From contig DUET01000078.1 in NCBI GenBank assembly GCA_011192015.1, positions 14,854 to 78,853 of the forward strand: a stretch of DNA of 64,000 nt, written 5' to 3'. The notes below the pieces were generated by a model. It ran no database searches and was not told the origin of the DNA. It worked only from the letters and a program-made list of their open reading frames with translations. This stretch comes from Anaerolineae bacterium (lineage in GTDB: Bacteria > Chloroflexota > Anaerolineae > Anaerolineales > E44-bin32). The translations under genes and the position numbers were made by a program. This document shows positions 37,090 to 44,779 of this stretch, one piece after another (within the stretch, counting starts at the first letter, position 1; the number at the start of each line of letters is the position of its first letter).

Positions 37090-38660
37090 GATCCCAATCC
37101 ACTACCAAGCTGGATGAGCAGCAGGATGACGAAGATCCACAACATAGCCCCCTCGCCCTCGAGAATTCCTCCAATGGCTCGTAAGACCCTCAAAATCCCT
37201 TGAGCTATCACTCCCGCGATCTCCAAGAAAGGAGCCTCATTCAATCGCGCGAATCCCATTTGTATCCGCCTCAACCACCGTCCTTTGACTCTCCTCAACG
37301 AAAGAACGCCGATTCCCACAAGTCCGGCGGTAATCAAGCTGGTGACAATCGACCACAGCCCCATTCCAGAATCCGCTCCAATGGATAATCCAAACCCTCC
37401 TACTATCGGCAGCATCAAGGCCGCGGTGTAAAGACTACGCGCAAGATCATCAACATACCAGGGGCGCAGCTCATCGAATGCATCCCTCACAATCCCCACA
37501 ATGATCATTGCCAGGCCGATCATGCCCAATATCGGAATCCAAATATGTTCGCCCGCTTCGAATCCTTCCGCCATAGATTCCACGATCATCGATCCGGGCG
37601 ACCAAACGGGGATCAGGATCATCAAGCCCGCAAGAAATGGAATTATCCTCTGCCAAGGAGCGTAGATCTTCCAAATCGATCCAAGGGTTCCCATCATCAA
37701 TAGGATCAGAACAGCATCCACGATTACATCATTTGCATGCTCTGGTCTCAAACTTGCTGCCATGATCCCTAAGAATGCCACACTTTGTATCAGGAAACGA
37801 CGTCTTTCCGGCATTTCGTCTGCAAGCAACCATCTCATACCAGCCACCAACATGCCGATGGCTCCCCCGATTCCCAATCCAATGCTCAATCCGTCGGATA
37901 AACCAAACGTGAGTTGGCGAGCCAGAATGGGCAACCCAACGACCGGAGACAGCAATCCGATGAGGATGGGAAAGGCCTCCTCGGTTTCGCCTTTATTGGA
38001 GATCCTGTATCCAAGCGAAAAGATCCCCAGTCGTAGAATCACAGCCAATATGAGAAGCTCCACCGCCCAAGCGCTGGCCAGTGGCACTTCCAGATCATCA
38101 ACTCCACCCGCCAATCCATTTGCGATTGAAGTCCCGATAATCGCAAATATCCCAATCCAATCTACAACCACTCCTGCCAGCAGCGTTGATACCTCTCGTT
38201 CTTCTTCCGCCACCGTCAGTCCCTGGATCAACCTCACCAGGTCCATCAACGCCCAACTCATGGCGACACTCAGCAGGTTTGCAGAAAGCAAAGCCATGAT
38301 CGCAAGCCCTGTATAGGCAAGCTTCATCGGATGGAGTTGAATTTCCCTCTGCCCGATTCTCACAACTTCTGAAAGCAGAATCGCAATCAAGGATGCGATC
38401 GTCGCTAGGATCAGTTTTGAGTTTGTAGAATCTGCAAGGATACGGATTTGTGTGCCGAAGATGTCCAGGGGTCTCCAAATGGACAAACTTGCCCTTATAG
38501 GCGCTCCCTGTGTGATAAGTACACTGACTATCAAGGCGATGAAAGCAACAGCGATAGATAGTCCCCAGCGAAATCTTAGGCTTCGCTTCCTGAATGCCCA
38601 AATCGCTACCATACCCCCCATCAGGATCAGTATCGGCAAGGTCGCCAATGGACACTCCAC
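37086..38660 (-). CDS. Polytopic membrane protein (524 aa), possibly a degenerate antiporter-like subunit
   Basis: About 14 hydrophobic helices. GTG start. First gene of a translationally coupled trio. Confidence 0.55.
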   Translation of the reverse strand: MECPLATLPILILMGGMVAIWAFRKRSLRFRWGLSIAVAFIALIVSVLITQGAPIRASLSIWRPLDIFGTQIRILADSTNSKLILATIASLIAILLSEVVRIGQREIQLHPMKLAYTGLAIMALLSANLLSVAMSWALMDLVRLIQGLTVAEEEREVSTLLAGVVVDWIGIFAIIGTSIANGLAGGVDDLEVPLASAWAVELLILAVILRLGIFSLGYRISNKGETEEAFPILIGLLSPVVGLPILARQLTFGLSDGLSIGLGIGGAIGMLVAGMRWLLADEMPERRRFLIQSVAFLGIMAASLRPEHANDVIVDAVLILLMMGTLGSIWKIYAPWQRIIPFLAGLMILIPVWSPGSMIVESMAEGFEAGEHIWIPILGMIGLAMIIVGIVRDAFDELRPWYVDDLARSLYTAALMLPIVGGFGLSIGADSGMGLWSIVTSLITAGLVGIGVLSLRRVKGRWLRRIQMGFARLNEAPFLEIAGVIAQGILRVLRAIGGILEGEGAMLWIFVILLLIQLGSGLGS

Positions 38661-39139
38661 GTGTTGCTAGTCGAATTCGATCAAGGATACCATGATACAC
38701 GCTCAGTCAGTTCGAAAGAAAAGGCGTGCTATACTGGTTTTGTGAGAATGAATCCTGGGAAAAACGCGCTCTTCGCTTCATCGATAACACGGAATCGAAG
38801 CGCCCATGCCCATGTTCATTCCAATCTGACAAGGCGTCAATGTCCATCCATATCTATGTACAGTCCAGATCAAATCATGGATGTCATCCCATATCGCTTC
38901 GTGAAACCACGGCCTTCTATTCCGGGCCCATCAACCTTCATACAATTCCATAAACCCTCTCGATCCCCATCGTCACTGACACTTTGCCATGCGCGCTGCT
39001 ATTATCGCGCTTGTCGTTGCCTCCATCCCATCCCTATTCCGGATACGCCGCTTCTCAAGTGGCTTGGTGAAAACCTCCAGCCGCTTCGCATCCATCGATA
39101 CCGATCCCACATCCAGAGCCAATCCAGCGAGAAAACCGT

Positions 39140-40705
39140 ATGACACCTTCAAAACCCGTTATTCTTGATGGCCATCAATTGACCCTTTCTCAAATCGAAT
39201 CCGTTGCCAGGCATGCCGCTGATGTGATCCTTGACTCTGAAGCCTCCAAACGTGTGCAGAATTGTTCTGATTCTGTGCAAGATATCATCCATTCAGACAA
39301 GATTGTCTATGGTGTCAACACAGGTTTTGGCATCTTCTCGGATCAGGTGATCCATCCCAAGCATGCCGTCCAATTGTCACGAAATTTAATCCTCAGTCAC
39401 GCCACCGGATTGGGCCCTCCATTTCCGATGGATGTCGTACGCACGGCCATGCTCGTCCGCGCCAATACGTTCGCCCAGGGTCATTCGGGCGTTCGACCTG
39501 AGATCATAGCCACCTTGATTCAGATGCTTTCCAAAGATGTCGTTCCGAAAGTCCCTTCCCAAGGATCGCTTGGATCCTCCGGCGATCTTGCTCCCCTCTC
39601 TCATTTGGCACTGGTTCTATCTTCCGATCCGGATGAAAATCATTCCGAACCCAGCGGCGAGGCATGGTTTCAGGGAACACTCATGTCCGGCGCTGAAGCC
39701 ATGCGAAAAGCCGGCATCCCTCGTATCTGCCTTCAAGCCAAGGAGGGGCTCGCGATCACAAACGGCGCCACCTTTACAGTGGCCATGCTCGCACTTGCCT
39801 GTCTGGATGCACGCTCGCTTCTTCGTGTTGCCGATATCGCCGCTGCGTTGTCGATCGAAGCTCTGCTCGGTGTTTCTTCTGCGTTCGATCATCGGCTCCA
39901 TCGCGTTCGCCCACATCCTGGTCAGGTCAGAGTCGCGGAGAGCATCCTTGCGCTCCTGGCTGGAAGCACGCTTGTGGACAGCACCGATCACGTTCAGGAC
40001 GCCTACAGTCTTCGCTGTACGCCTCAAGTCCATGGACCTGCGTGGGAGATGCTTGAATTTGCGGAGAGGGTTGCATCTCTTGAAATCAACTCTGCCACGG
40101 ATAACCCTCTCTTCTTCAATGGACATGCCATCTCGGGAGGCAACTTCCATGGGGAACCCATCGGATTGAGCTGCGATTATCTGAAGATCGCCCTTTCCGA
40201 AATTGGGGCCATCTCAGAACGCCGTATCTTCCGCCTCACCAGCGCCCACCTCAACCGAGGCCTTCCATCCATGTTGGTGCCGAACGTCGACCTTGTTGGT
40301 CTCCAATCCGGTCTCATGATGCTCCACTACACATCAGCATCTCTGGCGTTAGAAAACCAATCGCTCTCGATTCCGGATAGTGTTCGCTCCCTTTCAACTT
40401 CCGGTGGACAAGAGGACATCAATGCCAACGCTACAACAGCTGCCAGGCACTTGCTCGCCTTGATTCACAACTTACGACGCATTCTCGCGATTGAATTGAT
40501 AGCCGCCTCGCAGGCCATCGACATTCGTCTTCAACAAATGCCAGACGCCCATTTGGGGGTGGGATCCCAAGCCGCGTATCGTACAATCCGCGAGCGCTTG
40601 CCGTTTATTGCTGAAGACCATTATCTATCGCCCGATATCCAGACCATCGAAGATCTCATCAACGACAAGCTTCTCATTCATGCCGTTGATGAAGCCCTAT
40701 CCTGA
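39140..40705 (+). CDS. hutH: Histidine ammonia-lyase family enzyme
   Basis: MIO-forming loop GSLGSSGDLAPLSH. GVNTGFG. The LILSHA (Ser-His) selectivity pair is typical of HAL. NSATDNPL. Confidence 0.85.
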   Translation: MTPSKPVILDGHQLTLSQIESVARHAADVILDSEASKRVQNCSDSVQDIIHSDKIVYGVNTGFGIFSDQVIHPKHAVQLSRNLILSHATGLGPPFPMDVVRTAMLVRANTFAQGHSGVRPEIIATLIQMLSKDVVPKVPSQGSLGSSGDLAPLSHLALVLSSDPDENHSEPSGEAWFQGTLMSGAEAMRKAGIPRICLQAKEGLAITNGATFTVAMLALACLDARSLLRVADIAAALSIEALLGVSSAFDHRLHRVRPHPGQVRVAESILALLAGSTLVDSTDHVQDAYSLRCTPQVHGPAWEMLEFAERVASLEINSATDNPLFFNGHAISGGNFHGEPIGLSCDYLKIALSEIGAISERRIFRLTSAHLNRGLPSMLVPNVDLVGLQSGLMMLHYTSASLALENQSLSIPDSVRSLSTSGGQEDINANATTAARHLLALIHNLRRILAIELIAASQAIDIRLQQMPDAHLGVGSQAAYRTIRERLPFIAEDHYLSPDIQTIEDLINDKLLIHAVDEALS

Positions 40706-40721
40706 GAGATCGCACTCCGTG

Positions 40722-40730
40722 TGCTATAAT
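40722..40730 (+). promoter_or_regulatory. Extended -10 promoter TGCTATAAT upstream of the hisS leader
   Basis: The exact 9-mer begins 17 nt after the hutH stop codon and 183 nt before the hisS start. Confidence 0.5.
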
Positions 40731-40858
40731 CGCCCTGATGCAAGCCCGTGCCGAGATTTGCGCTCCAATCTATCACCCAGCTTCCCCTCTTCACCATCCG
40801 GGGAAGGAAATCTACATGTAGGCCGGCGCTGTATAAGGTTCATTCTCAATCAGAAATC

Positions 40859-40897
40859 AGACGGCGTTGGCCCGTAGCGCCGTCTTTCTTGTTTCTT
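40859..40897 (+). terminator. Intrinsic terminator inside the hisS 5' leader (candidate attenuator)
   Basis: AGACGGCG(TTG)-loop-(TAG)CGCCGTCT followed by TTCTTGTTTCTT. It ends 15 nt before the hisS start codon. Confidence 0.65.
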
Positions 40898-40912
40898 ACC
40901 AGGAGCATGTCT

Positions 40913-42175
40913 ATGAGTAAAATCCTCCCAGTCAAAGGAGCTCGAGACTTCTATCCCGAAGAGATGGCCATGCGTGGATGGCTGTATCGCAATATCCGGG
41001 TCGTCTCCGAAAGTTTCGGTTACCAGGAATTTGAAGGCCCGTTCCTTGAGAGATTGGAATTATATGCTGCGAAATCCGGCGACGAACTCGTCAAGCAACA
41101 ATCCTTCGTCTTTGAGGATCGCGGCGGTGAAATGATCGCTCTTCGTCCCGAGCTGACTCCGTCTCTGGCTCGAATGGTGGCCACGCGCAGTCAGGCTCTC
41201 CCGCGTCCTATTCGATGGTGGTCGTTTGGTCCCTTCTGGCGTTATGAACGCCCTCAAAAGGGACGATCGCGTGAATTCTTTCAATGGAACATTGACATTC
41301 TTGGTGTCGACACACCTCAGGCGGATGCCGAGCTTGCTGCCGTTGCTGCAGTTTTCTTTCGAAATCTCGGTCTTCCCTCTTCCGCGGTCCGCATCCTTGT
41401 CAACAGCCGCACGCTTGCTGAAATCCAACTTGAAACGATAGGCATTCCTTCTGACTTGCGCCAACAAACCTTCCGCGCCATCGATCGTTTGGACAAGATG
41501 GATCAACGCAAATGGGAGGCATATGCCTCGGAGGTGGGTCTCAGCGACGATCAAATCCTGGCCTTGCAGGATGTGCTAACCGACACAGAAGCCTGGAAAC
41601 AATCGAAACAGCTGGTTTCCTTCTTCGAGGCGGTCGAGAAACTCGGCGTCAGCGATTACATCGAATACGATCCCTCGATCATTCGCGGCCTGGATTACTA
41701 CACAGGAATCGTCTTCGAGGCGCGAGATGCGGATCGACGCCATCGCGCCATTCTCGGCGGCGGTCGCTATGACGATCTCGTCTCCATCGTTGGTGGCGAT
41801 CCTGTTCCGGGTGTCGGCTTTGCCATGGGGGATGTCGTCATCGGGCTGGTCCTTGAGGACGCAGGTGTCTCCCCCGAACTGCGCCCCAATCCCGCTCAGA
41901 TCCTTCTGGTTGCGTTTGATGAGGCGAGCCTCCTTCAAACGCTGAGTATTTCGTCTGAGCTTCGCGCCTCAGGATTGCGTGCGGAGTGGTATCCACAAGC
42001 CGATCGCATCAAAACGCAATTGAAATACGCCGATCGTCAGGGCATTCCCATCGTGCTCATTCTTGGACCGGATGAGCTTGCGAACGGTCAAGTGACGATC
42101 AAAGATATGCGCAGTGGTGATCAGATTTCTCTGGATCGAAGCGATATGATCGAACACATTGGAGAGATCCTTTAG
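40913..42175 (+). CDS. hisS: Histidyl-tRNA synthetase
   Basis: KGARDFYPEEM, RPELTPS, FWRYERPQKGRSREFFQW, plus a C-terminal anticodon-binding domain. AGGAG lies 7 nt upstream of ATG 40913. The track ORF (from 40748) reads through the terminator. Confidence 0.92.
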   Translation: MSKILPVKGARDFYPEEMAMRGWLYRNIRVVSESFGYQEFEGPFLERLELYAAKSGDELVKQQSFVFEDRGGEMIALRPELTPSLARMVATRSQALPRPIRWWSFGPFWRYERPQKGRSREFFQWNIDILGVDTPQADAELAAVAAVFFRNLGLPSSAVRILVNSRTLAEIQLETIGIPSDLRQQTFRAIDRLDKMDQRKWEAYASEVGLSDDQILALQDVLTDTEAWKQSKQLVSFFEAVEKLGVSDYIEYDPSIIRGLDYYTGIVFEARDADRRHRAILGGGRYDDLVSIVGGDPVPGVGFAMGDVVIGLVLEDAGVSPELRPNPAQILLVAFDEASLLQTLSISSELRASGLRAEWYPQADRIKTQLKYADRQGIPIVLILGPDELANGQVTIKDMRSGDQISLDRSDMIEHIGEIL

Positions 42176-42238
42176 CAGTGTTATGTCCCTTGAGCAGAGG
42201 GAAACCTGGTTCAGTTGGGGGTGTGGAAGTTCGAAACG

Positions 42239-42247
42239 TGATAGAAT
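42239..42247 (+). promoter_or_regulatory. Extended -10-like TGATAGAAT upstream of tRNA-His, embedded in a palindrome
   Basis: TAGAATAG-TCG-CTATTCTA (42242-42260). It lies about 37 nt upstream of the tRNA. Confidence 0.4.
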
Positions 42248-42283
42248 AGTCGCTATTCTACCCGGGGAGATTTCCCCATCCAT

Positions 42284-42359
42284 GGTGGCCGTAGCTCAAC
42301 GGCAGAGCGCCTGACTGTGGATCAGGAGGTTGCGGGTTCGAAACCCGTCGGCCACCCCA
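42284..42359 (+). tRNA. tRNA-His (GTG)
   Basis: Full cloverleaf folded by hand. G-1 opposite C73. Acceptor GTGGCCG/CGGCCAC. Anticodon loop CTGTGGA. T-loop TTCGAAA. CCA is encoded. Confidence 0.95.
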
Positions 42360-42582
42360 ATTCCATCGCGTTCCCGTTGGTTGCGCCCGTGCGTATTCCA
42401 TCGTCCAGGCTGTCGGCTTCTTCCATGCTTGCGCAAGCATGCGGATGCCAACAGCCGATTTCATTCTTCGCTGGATCGAGCCGGATCTTCCAGAGGGGTT
42501 GCTCCCCCAAGAGCTTTACGTTAAACTCTCCGCCTATGGTCACATTGTACCGGTTCGAGCTCTCGATCAACGAAATCTAAGA

Positions 42583-43119
42583 ATGAAACGTCTCAGGATC
42601 GATTGGGCCAATCTTTTCCTTCTTCTCATCGCGATCGCCTTGGCCGCGCTCTCGTGGTCCAAGGGTGGTTCTTCACTCACGCTTGCAGGCTTGCTCAACG
42701 GTCTGCAAACGTTGATCAGCGTGATCCCACTTCTCATCGCCGCCTTTCTCATCGCAGGATTCACGCAAGTCCTCATTCCGCCCGAGGTTATCGAGAAATG
42801 GCTTGGCGCCGGATCGGGATGGCGAGGTTTCTTCATCGCGAGTCTTGCCGGCGGATTGATACCGGGTGGTCCCTACGTCTACTACCCCATTGCCGGCGGG
42901 CTTCTCAAGGCGGGTGCTGGAATCGGCGTACTCGTTTCCTTCATCAGCGCCAAGAACCTCTGGTCCATCTCCCGCTTGCCGTTCGAGTTTGCGCTCCTCG
43001 GTCCTCGACTCACACTGATCCGTTATGCGCTCACTTTTCTCGTTCCTCCGCTGCTGGGCGCGCTTGCTGAACTGATCTTCGGACGATATGCCCGGCGCAT
43101 TCGGGAGGCTGTGCAATGA
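42583..43119 (+). CDS. Half-size permease subunit A (DUF318/ArsP-type two-component membrane permease)
   Basis: Start at MKRLRIDW. Hydrophobic, with motif GGLIPGGPYVYYPIAGGLLKAGAGIGV shared with the next gene. Confidence 0.65.
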   Translation: MKRLRIDWANLFLLLIAIALAALSWSKGGSSLTLAGLLNGLQTLISVIPLLIAAFLIAGFTQVLIPPEVIEKWLGAGSGWRGFFIASLAGGLIPGGPYVYYPIAGGLLKAGAGIGVLVSFISAKNLWSISRLPFEFALLGPRLTLIRYALTFLVPPLLGALAELIFGRYARRIREAVQ

Positions 43120-43604
43120 ACGTCTCCACGATCACCCTCTCGATCATCGCTGTGGGAATGGCCATCATCGCCTTCCTCCGCGGCAAGCCCATCCTTGCCG
43201 GCGGTCTGGAAATCAGTTGGGCAACCTTCAAGCGCACTGCGGTTCTTCTTGTGCTCGCCTTTTCCATTGTCGGCTTCATCAACGTGCTCTCTCCCCAAGA
43301 TCTCGTTCGCGAATGGATCGGCCCAGGATCAGGTGTTGTAGGTGTCCTCATCGGCGCGGTCATGGGCATGCTTCTCCCCGGAGGTCCGTACGTGGTCTTT
43401 CCGCTGATCGCGTCGATTTATGAAGCCGGGGCGGGGATCGGTCCGACCTTGGCCGTTGTCACCAGTTGGGCTTCGCTTGCGCTGCTGAGTGTTTCTTTTG
43501 AAATCCCTTTCCTTGGATGGCGCTTCAGCGCTCTTCGGCTTTCCCTTGGTGTTTCGGTTCCTCTTCTTGTCGGAATCGCCGGCCAGCTCCTATTTGGCAC
43601 CTAG
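43116..43604 (+). CDS. Half-size permease subunit B (paralogue of the preceding gene)
   Basis: ATGA overlap with the preceding gene. Motif GMLLPGGPYVVFPLIASIYEAGAGIGP parallels subunit A. Confidence 0.65.
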   Translation: MNVSTITLSIIAVGMAIIAFLRGKPILAGGLEISWATFKRTAVLLVLAFSIVGFINVLSPQDLVREWIGPGSGVVGVLIGAVMGMLLPGGPYVVFPLIASIYEAGAGIGPTLAVVTSWASLALLSVSFEIPFLGWRFSALRLSLGVSVPLLVGIAGQLLFGT

Positions 43605-43713
43605 TCGCCCAGTCATTCCGATTTGCGTGGTTTTTTCTTCTAACGCCGCTTGATCCTGCTTCTTTGATCGATACCGTGGTAAACTGCCTTGACCTACCAA
43701 CGAAGGGATTTCC

Positions 43714-44694
43714 TTGCCCGCAAACCCACAAACAGCCACTGCAATCGCTTCTCCCAACATCGCCTTCATAAAATACTGGGGAAACCGAGATCAGTCCATC
43801 CGCCTGCCTGCGAACGGCTCGATCTCGATGACGCTTGGTGGTCTTGAGTCTCGTGTAGCGGTCACGTTCGATCCTCGTTTGGAATCAGATCGCCTTGAAA
43901 CCCACGGAGTGCAATTCGATCACGATCCTCTTCCCCGCATATCCCATCATCTTGATCTGATCCGCGAGATGGTCGGAACTGATACACCTGCCCATATCGA
44001 AACCGAATCGAATTTTCCCGCCGGCGCAGGCATTGCATCTTCATCCGCCGTTTTCGCTGCACTCACCCTCGCCGCCAGCCGTGCGGCTTCCTTGCCGCTC
44101 GATCCCCCATCCCTCTCCCGACTTGCTCGACGTGGTTCCGGTTCGGCATGCCGCTCGATCTTCGCCGGTTTCGTGGAAGCCTTCGCCGGGGATTCCGATC
44201 AAGACGCATTCGCCCAATCGTTCGCTCCACCCGAGTATTGGCGCATCATCGACCTCATCGCCATCGTTGACAAGCAGCATAAGCGCATCGGTTCCACAGC
44301 GGGTCATGCCCTTGCCCCCACCAGCCCGTTGCAGAAGGCGCGCGTTGCTGATGCTCCTCGTCGTCTCGATCTCTGCCGCCAAGCCATTACGGGGCGAAAT
44401 TTCCTTCCTCTGGCCACGATCCTCGAGCAGGACAGCAACATGATGCATGCTGTCATGTTGACCTCAAACCCTCCGCTTTTCTACCTCTCGCCAACCTCCC
44501 TGGCACTCATGGAAGCCATAAGTTCCTGGCGCGCCTCCGGCCTTCGTGCCTGCTATACCCTGGATGCCGGCCCCAACGTGCACTGCATCACACATCTTGA
44601 CGATTCAGAAGAGGTCGCTTCGCGCCTTCGTGTCTTTCCCGGCGTTGAGGAGGTTCTTCAAGCTCCACCCGGTGAGGCAGCCCGTCTGGTCTAG
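43714..44694 (+). CDS. Mevalonate (di)phosphate decarboxylase family (GHMP kinase fold)
   Basis: SPNIAFIKYWGNRD, GAGIASSSAVFAAL, RRGSGSACRS. TTG start with GAAGGGA upstream. Confidence 0.85.
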   Translation: MPANPQTATAIASPNIAFIKYWGNRDQSIRLPANGSISMTLGGLESRVAVTFDPRLESDRLETHGVQFDHDPLPRISHHLDLIREMVGTDTPAHIETESNFPAGAGIASSSAVFAALTLAASRAASLPLDPPSLSRLARRGSGSACRSIFAGFVEAFAGDSDQDAFAQSFAPPEYWRIIDLIAIVDKQHKRIGSTAGHALAPTSPLQKARVADAPRRLDLCRQAITGRNFLPLATILEQDSNMMHAVMLTSNPPLFYLSPTSLALMEAISSWRASGLRACYTLDAGPNVHCITHLDDSEEVASRLRVFPGVEEVLQAPPGEAARLV

Positions 44695-44779
44695 CGTCTC
44701 TCTCGTTCCAGATTGAACCCAAATGATATAATTCCCACGTTCCGATCATTGGACTGATGACAATCCAGGATGGTAGTTG

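Noticed and set aside
40738-40900. T-box riboswitch upstream of hisS.
   Set aside because: The leader is only about 120 nt before the terminator. I found no AGGGTGGNACCGCG-type T-box sequence and no UGGG bulge complementary to the CCCA end of tRNA-His. A covariance-model scan should still be run.
40748-40912. N-terminal 55-codon extension of hisS in the track ORF (475 aa).
   Set aside because: The extension runs through an intrinsic terminator and has no HisRS homology. AGGAG-7 nt-ATG at 40913 gives the canonical MSKILPVKGARDFYP start.
42317-42580. ORFs 42258..42464 (-), 42317..42580 (+), 42322..42570 (-) and the 48-codon N-terminal extension of the first permease.
   Set aside because: They overlap tRNA-His and the palindrome region. 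The permease homology and hydrophobicity start at MKRLRIDW (42583).
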